DNA from: a virus
Strand: one strand, 5' to 3'
DNA length: 34,495 bases
Virus genome (UHGV): UHGV-0366749
The first letter of the stretch is position 1, and each line of letters opens with the position of its first letter. The translations under genes and the position numbers were made by a program. This document shows, in pieces, positions 9,728 to 18,874 of the stretch. A model generated the notes under the pieces. The model did not search any database. It had not been told where the DNA came from and worked only from the letters and a program-made list of their open reading frames with translations.

Positions 9728-10264
9728 ATGACAGAAACGGAAGGTTTGATAATAACAGTTGCAAAACAGCAGGCGATTAATTTTGTTGCTGTTGTTTTGT
9801 GCTGCGTTATAAGCTATTTTTCGTTCAAAAGTTTTTCCTATAATGATGCAAAAGATATTTTAGGTGCGCTTATAAATATTTCAGCATCTATATTCACTAT
9901 TGTCGGTTTATGGGTCGGTTTTTTATATCCGAATGCAATGAATAGTATTGTTAAGGATGATGTAAGTTATATAAAAAATGAGCATGACTCACCAAGAATA
10001 GAGAAATTAGTTTATACAATAATCACATCTGCTTGTGTTATGGCTGGGATTCTAATTTTCTTTTTGGTTAAGGCAGTGTTTTATGCATTACCTGTTTATC
10101 AAGCTAATAAAGACTTGTTTAAATACATTGGTATTTTCTTCATTTACTTTATTAGCTGGATGCAATTAAAATGCGTTATGAGCCTGATTTTGAGTAATTT
10201 ACATTTTGTTAATCACTTACATGGACGTTTAGCAAAAGCGAAATTAGAACACTATGATGAATAA
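9728..10264 (+). CDS. Small membrane protein (178 aa, about four predicted TM helices), gene 2 of the cassette
   Basis: Start overlaps the gene 1 stop (TGATATG); four hydrophobic stretches (e.g. AINFVAVVLCCVISYFSF, LVYTIITSACVMAGILIFFLV); AT-rich. Confidence 0.75.
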   Translation: MTETEGLIITVAKQQAINFVAVVLCCVISYFSFKSFSYNDAKDILGALINISASIFTIVGLWVGFLYPNAMNSIVKDDVSYIKNEHDSPRIEKLVYTIITSACVMAGILIFFLVKAVFYALPVYQANKDLFKYIGIFFIYFISWMQLKCVMSLILSNLHFVNHLHGRLAKAKLEHYDE

Positions 10265-10478
10265 AGTGTTCGTATTGGCAGGAGTTACTGTGGATGTTTA
10301 ACCTCAACAAGAGTAAGCCTCCTTTAACATGGGAATCACCGTTCTAACAAGCTTTGCATGTCTATGCTGCATGAATCCGCATGATCGTTTTAGGATCGTT
10401 TTTGCTGAGGCCCGCCAGAACTGGCGGGCTTTTGCTTATGTCATACACCTGCATGAAAACCACTACATAAAGCGGGCA

Positions 10479-10497
10479 GGCGTGGCGGGGATACGAG
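10479..10497. other. cos: Putative cos cohesive-end site
   Basis: GGCGTGGCGGGGATACGAG; the first 13 nt match the recalled 186 cohesive end GGCGTGGCGGGGAAAGCAT (P2: GGCGAGGCGGGGAAAGCAC); in an intergenic gap where the phage right and left arms should meet. Confidence 0.45.
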
Positions 10498-10542
10498 CGC
10501 GCGCTAACTCATAAATCCTAGATTATTAGTGGATTTATCTCA

Positions 10543-12366
10543 TTGAAATGTGCACTATTCCCAGCATTGAGTTGTACCAGATGTCTTTATGGAGGGACTG
10601 TGGCTTTTGTAACTGATATTCGGCTTGAAGATAATGCTATTGCTGCACCTGCGACAGCACAGGTTATGGCTCAGAGGCTAGGATCTGTATTACGTAAGAG
10701 ATATGAAGAATTCATCCATAAAAGAGAGTGTGCACCAGGCCAAGCAGACTATGATGTAAAAATGGCTAGCAGGGCTTTAGCTGCATTCACTATGTATCAG
10801 TTAGGATGTGTGGATGATAAGTATGCAGGGGAGTCTGTATGTGATAGTAGTGAAGATGGTGGTATAGATGGAATAGCAATCAACCATAACGAAAAAATCG
10901 TTGTTGTTGTTCAATCAAAATTTCACCAATCGGGAAACGGCACTTGGACAAGAGCCGATTTTATGTGTTTTAAGGATGCTTGTGAGAAGCTACAAAGTGA
11001 AAGATACGAATTATTTGATTCCATATTGCAAAATAAAAGCGGGGAAATAAGTGCGGCTTTAAGTAGTTTTGAATACAAGTTCATCTTTGCGATGGCGCAT
11101 ACAGGTAAAAAAGGTGCTGCAGAGGAAATATTAAATGATATGCGGGAATGGCAATATCAATTAAACGCTGCAGCTTTTACACCTGAGGATGAGCCTAAAG
11201 AGAACTGGGGATTTCAGGTTCATTTAATATCCTCTGAAGATATGATGCATTGGTTACAGAATGGCTCTCGAAATCAAATTGATCTTAACAGGGTTGAAAT
11301 TGAGCGTTTTGGATTTTTGAATGAACCATATCAAGCTTTTTACGGGGCTATTAGTGGTGATCAAGTTGCAGAATGGTGGGAAGAGCATGGTGCTCGATTA
11401 TTTACAAAAAACATAAGGAATATGCTTGGTAAAACAGAAGTGAATGAGGAAATAAAAAAGACAGCTATAGATAATCCTGATATGTTTTGGTTTTATAATA
11501 ATGGGATTACTGTACTGGTTAAGGAGGTTGTTCCTCATAGACGAAACGCAGCTCCTAATATAGAGAGAGGGATTTTTGATTTTCGTGATGTAAGTGTAAT
11601 TAATGGTGCACAAACAGTCAGTAGTATTGGCGCATGTAAAGATGCGCTTGGTGAAAACATATATAGACTCAAAGTGCCAGCTAGATTCATTGTTATAGAT
11701 GATGATACTGATAATTTAACTGCAAATGCGATTACAAAAGCTAACAATTTCCAAAATAGAGTATTGGGAAGGGATTTTGCGTCGCAGCAGGCAGATCAAC
11801 ATAGATTGGCAAGGGAGTTAGTGCTTGAAGGATATCAATATCAGTTACTAAGAACAGATGAAGATCATTCACAGACAAATACGAAAGTCATTGACTTGGA
11901 TGAGGCGCTCAATGCACTCGCATGTTTAAGTAAAAATAATACGGTTGTATCGACACTAAAATCAAATCGCGGTAGGTTTTTTGAAAATTTTGAAGGCTCT
12001 CTATATAAAACTATTTTCAATCCAAGATTAAGTGGTTTAAAACTTATCAATACTGTTCTACATTTTAGAGTTATAGATAAGTTGATCGGTAAAACATTAC
12101 TATCAGTAGATAAAACTACCCATAGTCGCAAGCATTTAATTATTACGCATGGTAATAGATACTATGCGTCTGTGCTATTGAGCAACGTTTCTGGGATACA
12201 TAATAGCTCAGAAATTCTTGTTCCAGATGAAAAAAATCTTTCAGAAGAATTAAGTGCATTAATTCAACGTGCTGAAGAGTACATTGAAGATAATTACCCG
12301 AATGCCTATCCGGCAAGATTTTTTGCAAATCCAACGAAAATACAAGAGTTATACGATAATGTTTAA
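10543..12366 (+). CDS. AIPR-like abortive-infection protein with an N-terminal Mrr-like PD-(D/E)xK nuclease motif
   Basis: SEDGGIDGIAINHNEKIVVVVQSKF fits the Mrr catalytic core (DGGIDG…QxK); an NGITVL…INGAQT segment lies mid-protein; AT-rich. Start is uncertain (TTG 10543, GTG 10600 after GGAGGG, or ATG 10666). Confidence 0.7.
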   Translation: MKCALFPALSCTRCLYGGTVAFVTDIRLEDNAIAAPATAQVMAQRLGSVLRKRYEEFIHKRECAPGQADYDVKMASRALAAFTMYQLGCVDDKYAGESVCDSSEDGGIDGIAINHNEKIVVVVQSKFHQSGNGTWTRADFMCFKDACEKLQSERYELFDSILQNKSGEISAALSSFEYKFIFAMAHTGKKGAAEEILNDMREWQYQLNAAAFTPEDEPKENWGFQVHLISSEDMMHWLQNGSRNQIDLNRVEIERFGFLNEPYQAFYGAISGDQVAEWWEEHGARLFTKNIRNMLGKTEVNEEIKKTAIDNPDMFWFYNNGITVLVKEVVPHRRNAAPNIERGIFDFRDVSVINGAQTVSSIGACKDALGENIYRLKVPARFIVIDDDTDNLTANAITKANNFQNRVLGRDFASQQADQHRLARELVLEGYQYQLLRTDEDHSQTNTKVIDLDEALNALACLSKNNTVVSTLKSNRGRFFENFEGSLYKTIFNPRLSGLKLINTVLHFRVIDKLIGKTLLSVDKTTHSRKHLIITHGNRYYASVLLSNVSGIHNSSEILVPDEKNLSEELSALIQRAEEYIEDNYPNAYPARFFANPTKIQELYDNV

Positions 12367-12370
12367 ACTA

Positions 12371-12394
12371 AAGGGAGGTTGCCTCCCTTTTTTA
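12371..12394. terminator. Bidirectional rho-independent terminator between the AIPR-like gene and Q
   Basis: aagggagg-ttgc-cctccctt hairpin with an A-tract on one side and a T-tract on the other. Confidence 0.6.
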
Positions 12395-12395
12395 A

Positions 12396-13424
12396 TTAGA
12401 AATGGTATTCTTGGAATTCAATAACACCTTCTTTTATGAAATTGTTTATTTCTTGTAATCTTTTTTGCAATGGCAATAATTCATTACGTACAAATACTTT
12501 ACTCGCCTTCTCTACATCTCCAAAGCCCCCAACATTATTAGGCATTATCCCCATCATTTGCGGTGGCACACGATGCGCCGCCATCATGTCATCCCGGCTC
12601 ACGTTCTTGATGTTTAGAAACTCATCCTTCGCCGCCACTTCTGACAACGGGATAATCTGAAGTCCGTCCTTTTTCCCGTTAGGCGAGTACATAAACAGGT
12701 TGCGGAAGTTACCTGGTCCTTTGGCGCTTTTCATCGCATTGCGGAGGTTGTTCACATCCTCCTGGTTTTGCGCGGCATCGGTCATGTACATGATGAAGCC
12801 TGCATGACTGCCGTTAATGTAATACTTTCGGCGGAACAGCGTGGCGGACTCGTTGAGCAGGGCTGACGGAATGGCAGAAAGGTAACCTGGCAGGCCGTAG
12901 ATCTCTTGGTTGATGTCCGGTTCCATCAGATGAAAGATGCTTCCTTTCGTGAACTGATATGGCTGCGTGGTCATACCGTATTGCACAAACCAGTAGGTAT
13001 CCAGGTCTAACCCGCGTCGGGTGTATTTTGCCAGGGCAGGTTCAAGGGCGATAACTTCACCGAAGCGGTTAGTGCGTTTCTCCAGGTAGGCGTTACCAAA
13101 AACCAGATAGTCCTGCACAAAACGTGAAAAAGCCTGCTGGCTGAGCAGCGGGTGAGGGATATAGGTGCTGGACAGAATGTTGCACTTTACTGCAATCGGG
13201 GAGCTGTGATGTACGGCAGCGCGGAAGGTTCGCGCCAGCCCGTCGAAACTCACTGGTGGCTCATACCAGCGGTCCATCTGTACGCATTCCACATAGTCCA
13301 GTAATTCGCGGCGGTCCAGAACAGGAACGGGATCACCGAAGCTGAATGCTTCGGCTGAAGTTTGGCTTTTATGCTTGAGCTGATTCGTCGCCGCAGCGCG
13401 GTTTTTCTTACTCTTTCCCATCAA
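12396..13424 (-). CDS. Q: Portal protein (P2 gpQ family)
   Basis: 342 aa, upstream partner of the terminase on the minus strand; start overlaps the P stop. Confidence 0.9.
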   Translation of the reverse strand: MMGKSKKNRAAATNQLKHKSQTSAEAFSFGDPVPVLDRRELLDYVECVQMDRWYEPPVSFDGLARTFRAAVHHSSPIAVKCNILSSTYIPHPLLSQQAFSRFVQDYLVFGNAYLEKRTNRFGEVIALEPALAKYTRRGLDLDTYWFVQYGMTTQPYQFTKGSIFHLMEPDINQEIYGLPGYLSAIPSALLNESATLFRRKYYINGSHAGFIMYMTDAAQNQEDVNNLRNAMKSAKGPGNFRNLFMYSPNGKKDGLQIIPLSEVAAKDEFLNIKNVSRDDMMAAHRVPPQMMGIMPNNVGGFGDVEKASKVFVRNELLPLQKRLQEINNFIKEGVIEFQEYHF

Positions 13425-15187
13425 AAAATCTCCACAATATTGCTGGTATTGGCGGATTCGCCCTGCAGCGGTTCGTTAAACAGTGCGTGCATCGTTGCCC
13501 AGGCCAGATCGGCGTGGCTGGCTTCTTCGCTGCGGCTGGCTTCATAGGTCGGGCGGTTGCCGCTGGCGGTTGTGGCGCGACGGATTGCCATGAATGACTG
13601 CGCAATGTCGGTGTGTCCGGCGTCAAACTCCAGACGGCGGTGGCTGATAATGTCGTAGGCCTTGAGTACCAGGGCGTTTTTAACGTTGGGGTTGTAGACA
13701 AACTCCCGGACGGCAGGAAAGAACGCTTTTACGTTCTCATAAACCCCGTGACCGACACCTGTCGAGTCGATACCGATATAGGTCACGTTGTACTGTTCAG
13801 TCAGTTTTTTGATGGCGTCCGCCTGGGCACGGAAGTCCATCCCGCGCCACTGGTGACGCACAAGAATGCGGAACTTACCGCCCGGCACGGCTGGCGGAGC
13901 CACCACCACGCATCCGGCACTGTCGCCGTTCTGCGTACCTTTTGCCGGGTCATAACCGATCCACACCTCGCGCCAGCCAAACGGGCGCAGGGCCAGTGCA
14001 TGAAAGTCGGTCCAGACTTCCCAACTGTCCACCATGCACGCCTGCAGTTCGCTGAGCGGGAACACGGACGCGAGATCGTCCACGAACTCGCACATCAGCA
14101 GGTTCTGGTATTCGTCCGGGCTGTACTCCATGCGCAACTGGTCGAGATCGAACAGGTTACAGCCGCCGCGCACCGCATCTTCCACGGTGACTATCTGGCG
14201 GTATTGCCCGTCTGCGCACAGCAGGCCGGGGGCCAGATTGTTGTGGGACAGGTCTATGTCCACCTTATCGGCTTTGTTGCGCCCACGGTTGAACAGCGCA
14301 CCGGACCAGAACGGATAAGCACTATGAGTCAGGCTGGATGGCGTGGAAAAATAGGTTTGTCGCCATTTCTTGTGAATAGCCATGCCGGAAGCCACTTTGC
14401 GCAGCTCCTGGAATTTCGGTATCCAGAAATATTCATCCAGATACAGGTTGCCGTGGTAACTCTGGGCCGTGCGGGCATTGGTGCCGAGGAAGTAAAGTGT
14501 GGCTCCGTTAGGAAGAACCATCGGATCGCCTTTCAGCTCCACCTCGACTTCTTTGGCGAAGTCTATGATGTACTGCTTAAAGACGTGAGCCTGTGCCTTA
14601 CTGGCGGAAAGGAAAATCTGGTTACGTCCGGTAAGCAGGGCGTCAATCAGGGCTTCACGGGCAAAGTAAAAGGTCGCGCCGATCTGGCGAGACTTCAGCA
14701 GGTTGCGGATGCGATTGGTTTTTCCGGCTTCCCACCAGTGGCGCTGGTAGTTGAACATGGAGGAATGGAAGATTTCTTCCAGCTTCTCAATCTGTTCATC
14801 GGTGAAAACATTCTTTTCCGGCTGACGGCGCGGCCCTTTGTTGCGGTTGGCGACGTTAGGGTTTAAGTCGGCTTCGTTGCCGCCATTGTTAAACTTGCCG
14901 ATCCGCGCGTGGCGCTCCGACTGGCGCGCCAGCAGGTCAATTTCTTTGAAATCTTTCCCTTCTTTGTGCTCCTTCATAATGAGCTGGCAGTAGCGGGCGG
15001 CGGTGGTGAGCTGCATCTGATCCAGCGGCCCATAGTCACCCCACTTGTCGCGTTTTTTCCAGCTGTGAACGGTTGCAACTTTCTCGCCCAGCATTTCAGC
15101 AATGCGGGCTACGCGGTATCCCTGAAAGTACAGCAGCATGGCCTGCCGACGGGGATCGAGATCTGCGGGTGTCAGTGTGGTGTTCAT
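13421..15187 (-). CDS. P: Terminase large subunit (P2 gpP family)
   Basis: 588 aa, P2 gpP-like, divergent from O. Confidence 0.9.
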   Translation of the reverse strand: MNTTLTPADLDPRRQAMLLYFQGYRVARIAEMLGEKVATVHSWKKRDKWGDYGPLDQMQLTTAARYCQLIMKEHKEGKDFKEIDLLARQSERHARIGKFNNGGNEADLNPNVANRNKGPRRQPEKNVFTDEQIEKLEEIFHSSMFNYQRHWWEAGKTNRIRNLLKSRQIGATFYFAREALIDALLTGRNQIFLSASKAQAHVFKQYIIDFAKEVEVELKGDPMVLPNGATLYFLGTNARTAQSYHGNLYLDEYFWIPKFQELRKVASGMAIHKKWRQTYFSTPSSLTHSAYPFWSGALFNRGRNKADKVDIDLSHNNLAPGLLCADGQYRQIVTVEDAVRGGCNLFDLDQLRMEYSPDEYQNLLMCEFVDDLASVFPLSELQACMVDSWEVWTDFHALALRPFGWREVWIGYDPAKGTQNGDSAGCVVVAPPAVPGGKFRILVRHQWRGMDFRAQADAIKKLTEQYNVTYIGIDSTGVGHGVYENVKAFFPAVREFVYNPNVKNALVLKAYDIISHRRLEFDAGHTDIAQSFMAIRRATTASGNRPTYEASRSEEASHADLAWATMHALFNEPLQGESANTSNIVEIF

Positions 15188-15234
15188 GGCACAAACCTAC
15201 AGCCTTGAATGAAGGCTTTCCCCGCCTGCGGTTT

Positions 15235-15252
15235 GTGTGGTTGTCGGTACAA
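15235..15252. promoter_or_regulatory. Candidate Ogr-dependent late-promoter element (TGT-N12-ACA) in the P/O divergent region
   Basis: TGTGTGGTTGTCGGTACA, 78-95 bp upstream of O; closely matches the element upstream of FI (TGTGTGAATAACGGTACA). Confidence 0.4.
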
Positions 15253-15329
15253 ATACCGCGCATTGTTTCACTGCCCCCATCACCGCAACCATAAGGCTCC
15301 AGTAAGTTTTTTCTAACGGAGCACGGCTC

Positions 15330-16163
15330 ATGACAGTGAAAGCAAAGCGTTTTCGCATCGGGGTGGAAGGTGCCACTACCGACGGACGCGAAATCCAGCG
15401 TGAATGGCTGGAACAGATGGCAGCCAGCTACAACCCGGCGGTGTATACCGCGCTGATTAACCTTGAGCACATTAAGTCTTATCTGCCGGACAGCACGTTT
15501 AACCGCTACGGCAAGGTGACGGCGCTGTTTGCTGAAGAAATCGCGGAAGGTCCGCTGGCAGGCAAGATGGCACTGTATGCCGACGTTGAGCCAACGGAGT
15601 CCCTGGTGGAACTGGTGAAAAAAGGCCAGAAATTATTCACCTCTATGGAAGTCAGCCCGAAGTTTGCTGATACGGGCAAAGCCTACCTGGTCGGCCTGGC
15701 TGCCACTGATGATCCCGCCAGTCTGGGTACGGAAATGCTGACATTCAGCGCCAGTGCAGCCCATAACCCGCTGGCAAACCGCAAGCAGAATCCTGCCAAT
15801 CTTTTTACCGCTGCAGAGGAAACGGTGATCGAACTGGAAGAAATCCAGGAGGACAAGCCGTCCCTGTTTGCCCGCGTCACGGCGCTGTTTACCAAAAAAG
15901 AGCAGTCCGATGACGTCCGGTTCTCTGATGTGCATAAGGCCGTGGAACTGGTCGCCACTGAGCAGCAGAACCTGAGCACGCGCACCGAAAAATCCCTGTC
16001 TGAGCAGGAAGAACGCCTGTCTGAGCTGGAGACTGCTCTGCAGGAGCAGCAAACCGCCTTTAACGAACTGGTGGATAAGCTGAGTCATGAAGACAGCCGC
16101 CAGGACTACCGCCAGCGTGCAACAGGCGGCAACGCCCCCGCTGACACTCTGACCAATTGCTGA
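15330..16163 (+). CDS. O: Capsid scaffolding protein (P2 gpO family)
   Basis: 277 aa with a coiled-coil-like C-terminus, immediately before the major capsid gene. Confidence 0.85.
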   Translation: MTVKAKRFRIGVEGATTDGREIQREWLEQMAASYNPAVYTALINLEHIKSYLPDSTFNRYGKVTALFAEEIAEGPLAGKMALYADVEPTESLVELVKKGQKLFTSMEVSPKFADTGKAYLVGLAATDDPASLGTEMLTFSASAAHNPLANRKQNPANLFTAAEETVIELEEIQEDKPSLFARVTALFTKKEQSDDVRFSDVHKAVELVATEQQNLSTRTEKSLSEQEERLSELETALQEQQTAFNELVDKLSHEDSRQDYRQRATGGNAPADTLTNC

Positions 16164-16179
16164 TGGAGCATAAAACCCA

Positions 16180-17238
16180 ATGAAGAAGAATACCCGTTTT
16201 GCTTTTAACGCTTACCTGCAGCAACTGGCGCGTCTGAACGGTGTGGCAGTTGAGGAACTGTCCAGCAAGTTCACCGTAGAGCCGTCTGTGCAGCAGACGC
16301 TGGAAGACCAGATCCAGCAGTCCGCCGCTTTCCTGACGCTGATTAACGTCACGCCAGTGACTGAGCAGTCCGGTCAGCTGCTTGGATTGGGTGTTGGCAG
16401 CACCATTGCCGGAACCACTGACACCACCGCGAAAGAGCGTGAACCTGTCGATCCGACGCTGATGATCGATGTGGAATACAAATGCGAACAGACCAACTTT
16501 GACACGGTGCTGACCTACGCGAAGCTGGACCTGTGGGCGAAGTTTCAGGATTTCCAGGTGCGTATCCGTGACGCCATCGTGAAACGCCAGGCACTGGACC
16601 GCATCATGATCGGCTTTAACGGCGTGAAGCGTGCGAAAACCTCCAACCGTAGCGAAAACCCGCTGCTGCAGGATGTGAACAAAGGCTGGCTGCAGAAAAT
16701 CCGTGAGGATGCACCGGATCACGTCATGGGCAGCACCACCACGGGCGGTGAAACCACACCGGGTGCGGTGAAAGTCGGGAAAGGTGGCGAATATGCCAAC
16801 CTGGACGCCGTGGTGATGGATGCGGTCAATGAGCTTATCGACGTGGTCTACCAGGACGATGACGATCTGGTGGTGATTTGCGGTCGTGAGCTGCTGTCTG
16901 ACAAGTATTTCCCGCTGGTCAACAAAGAGCAGGAAAACAGTGAAAAACTGGCTGCCGATATGATCATCAGTCAGAAACGCATGGGTGGCCTGCAGGCCGT
17001 GCGTGCGCCGTTCTTCCCGCCGAATGCGCTGCTGATCACCCGTCTGGATAACCTGTCCATTTACTGGCAGGAAGACACCCGCCGCCGTTCGGTTATCGAC
17101 AACCCGAAACGTGACCGGATTGAAAATTTTGAATCCGTTAACGAAGCCTATGTGGTTGAGGACTACCGCTGCGCCGCACTGGTGGAAAACATCCAGATTG
17201 GCGACTTCAGCGCCGCCGCAGCAGAAACCGGAGCGTAA
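16180..17238 (+). CDS. N: Major capsid protein (P2 gpN family)
   Basis: Close similarity to P2 gpN over the whole length (…TRFAFNAYL…KFTVEPSV…DLWAKFQDFQVRIRDAIVKRQ…). Confidence 0.9.
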   Translation: MKKNTRFAFNAYLQQLARLNGVAVEELSSKFTVEPSVQQTLEDQIQQSAAFLTLINVTPVTEQSGQLLGLGVGSTIAGTTDTTAKEREPVDPTLMIDVEYKCEQTNFDTVLTYAKLDLWAKFQDFQVRIRDAIVKRQALDRIMIGFNGVKRAKTSNRSENPLLQDVNKGWLQKIREDAPDHVMGSTTTGGETTPGAVKVGKGGEYANLDAVVMDAVNELIDVVYQDDDDLVVICGRELLSDKYFPLVNKEQENSEKLAADMIISQKRMGGLQAVRAPFFPPNALLITRLDNLSIYWQEDTRRRSVIDNPKRDRIENFESVNEAYVVEDYRCAALVENIQIGDFSAAAAETGA

Positions 17239-17241
17239 ACC

Positions 17242-17892
17242 ATGAGCCTGAGTCCCGCACGGCAGCATCGCCTGCGCGTTCAGGCTGAACAGGCCGCCCG
17301 CGAGGGCGGCAGCGTTCGCCACGCGTCGGGCTATGACCTGATGCTGCTGCAACTGGCAGAAGACCGCCGCCGTCTCAAGGGCGTTCAGTCCACGGTCAAA
17401 AAAGCGGAAATCAAGGTGGAGCTGCTGCCGAAATACGCCGCCTGGGCGGAGGGTGTCCTGGCTGCCGGAGGCGCTCAACAGGATGACGTGCTGATGTACG
17501 TGATGCTGTGGCGCATTGATGCCGGAGATTATGTCGGAGCGCTGGAGATCGGGCGTCATGCCCTGCGTCATGGCTGGGTGATGCCGCTGGGTAACCGCAA
17601 CGTGCAGACCGTGCTGGCAGAGGAAATGGCAGACGCAGCGCAGAGCGCAATGCTTGCCACTACCGGCTTTGATGCCGATCTGTTGCTGCAGACGCTGGAG
17701 CTGACAGACGGTCTGGATATGCCGGACCAGTCACGGGCGCGTCTGCATAAAGCGATTGGCGCTGTCCTGTGTGAAAGCAACCCGGCTTCCGCCCTTAATC
17801 ATCTCAACCATGCGTTACAGCTCGATCCCCGCTGTGGCGTGAAAAAAGACAAACAGCAGCTGGAGCGCAGACTGCGCAATGACAGCCGCTGA
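17242..17892 (+). CDS. M: Terminase small subunit / endonuclease (P2 gpM family)
   Basis: P2 gpM-like (…QDDVLMYVMLWRIDAGDYVGALEI…MPDQSRARLHK…). Confidence 0.85.
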   Translation: MSLSPARQHRLRVQAEQAAREGGSVRHASGYDLMLLQLAEDRRRLKGVQSTVKKAEIKVELLPKYAAWAEGVLAAGGAQQDDVLMYVMLWRIDAGDYVGALEIGRHALRHGWVMPLGNRNVQTVLAEEMADAAQSAMLATTGFDADLLLQTLELTDGLDMPDQSRARLHKAIGAVLCESNPASALNHLNHALQLDPRCGVKKDKQQLERRLRNDSR

Positions 17893-17987
17893 CAGAACGT
17901 GCCCCCGCGCACGGGCGGCACGGGGTGGCGAAAGGCACTGCCACATCAAAACCCCGTCCACCGCCCTTTATTTCAGGAGAAAGCAGC

Positions 17988-18452
17988 ATGAAGTTTGTTG
18001 CGCCAGAACAGGCACCGGAACAGGCGGAAATCATCAGAAATACGCCGTTCTGGCCTGATGTGGACCTGTCGGAGTTTCGCAGTGTCATGCGCACTGACGG
18101 CACGGTGACGCAGCCGCGTTTAAAGCAGGTTGCGCTGTCGGCAATTTCGGAGGTCAACGCAGAGCTGTATGAGTTTCGCAGACGCCAGCAGATGCTGGGG
18201 TATGCCTCGCTGGCAGAAGTCCCGGCGGAACAACTGGACGGCAAAAGCGAGCGCATTCAGCACTATTTCAACGCGGTTTACTGCTGGGCACGCGCCATGC
18301 TCAACGAACGTTACCAGGACTATGACGCCACGGCATCCGGTGCGAAGCGAGGCGAGGAACTGGCGGAAGCAAGCGGTGATTTATGGCGTGACGCCCGCTG
18401 GGCCATCAGCCGGGTGCAGGATGCGCCGCACTGCACAGTGGAGCTTATCTGA
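17988..18452 (+). CDS. L: Head completion protein (P2 gpL family)
   Basis: P2 gpL-like (…AELYEFRRRQ…LWRDARWAISRVQ…); start at the ATG preceded by CAGGAG. Confidence 0.85.
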   Translation: MKFVAPEQAPEQAEIIRNTPFWPDVDLSEFRSVMRTDGTVTQPRLKQVALSAISEVNAELYEFRRRQQMLGYASLAEVPAEQLDGKSERIQHYFNAVYCWARAMLNERYQDYDATASGAKRGEELAEASGDLWRDARWAISRVQDAPHCTVELI

Positions 18453-18655
18453 TGAAAGTGCGTGCGCATCAGTATGACACGGTGGACGCACTTTGCTGGC
18501 GTCATTACGGGCGCACGCAGGGTGTCACGGAGCAGGTACTGAAGGCAAATCCGGGGCTTGCCGAATACGGCCCCTTTTTACCTCACGGGCTGCAGGTGGA
18601 GCTGCCGGACATTCCGACAACCACCACCGTGCAGACCGTCCAGCTATGGGACTGA
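18452..18655 (+). CDS. X: Tail protein X (LysM-like)
   Basis: 67 aa, P2 gpX-like (…ALCWRHYGRT…ANPGLAEYGP.LPHG..VELPD…). Confidence 0.8.
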   Translation: MKVRAHQYDTVDALCWRHYGRTQGVTEQVLKANPGLAEYGPFLPHGLQVELPDIPTTTTVQTVQLWD

Positions 18656-18658
18656 ATT

Positions 18659-18874
18659 ATGACGCTTGAGCGAATCAGCGCCTTTATCACGTATTGCATC
18701 GCCGTCGTGCTGGCCTGGCTGGGCGATTTGTCCATCAAGGATGCCTCAACGCTGGGCGGCCTGATGATTGGTGTGCTGATGCTGGCTATCAACTGGTACT
18801 ACAAACACAAAGCCTACCAGCTTCTGCGCGACGGGCAGATTTCGCGGGAGGACTATGAATCCATCAATCGTTAA
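18659..18874 (+). CDS. Putative holin
   Basis: 71 aa with two hydrophobic helices and a charged C-terminus, immediately before the endolysin gene. Confidence 0.6.
   Translation: MTLERISAFITYCIAVVLAWLGDLSIKDASTLGGLMIGVLMLAINWYYKHKAYQLLRDGQISREDYESINR

Noticed and set aside
10329-10514. 61-aa ORF between the membrane-protein gene and the AIPR-like gene
   Set aside because: No RBS; it covers the cos-like sequence and is more likely non-coding packaging-site DNA.
12367-12395. Expected cos location directly between the accessory gene and Q
   Set aside because: Only 29 bp here, occupied by a terminator hairpin; the cos-like GC-rich 19-mer is instead at 10479..10497.
13613-14866. 417-aa ORF on the plus strand
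   Set aside because: Entirely antisense to the conserved terminase large-subunit gene; a long open frame is expected by chance in GC-rich antisense sequence; no RBS.
16060-17571. 503-aa ORF on the minus strand
   Set aside because: Antisense to the well-supported major capsid (N) and terminase small-subunit (M) genes; His/Gln/Arg-rich low-complexity translation typical of antisense frames.
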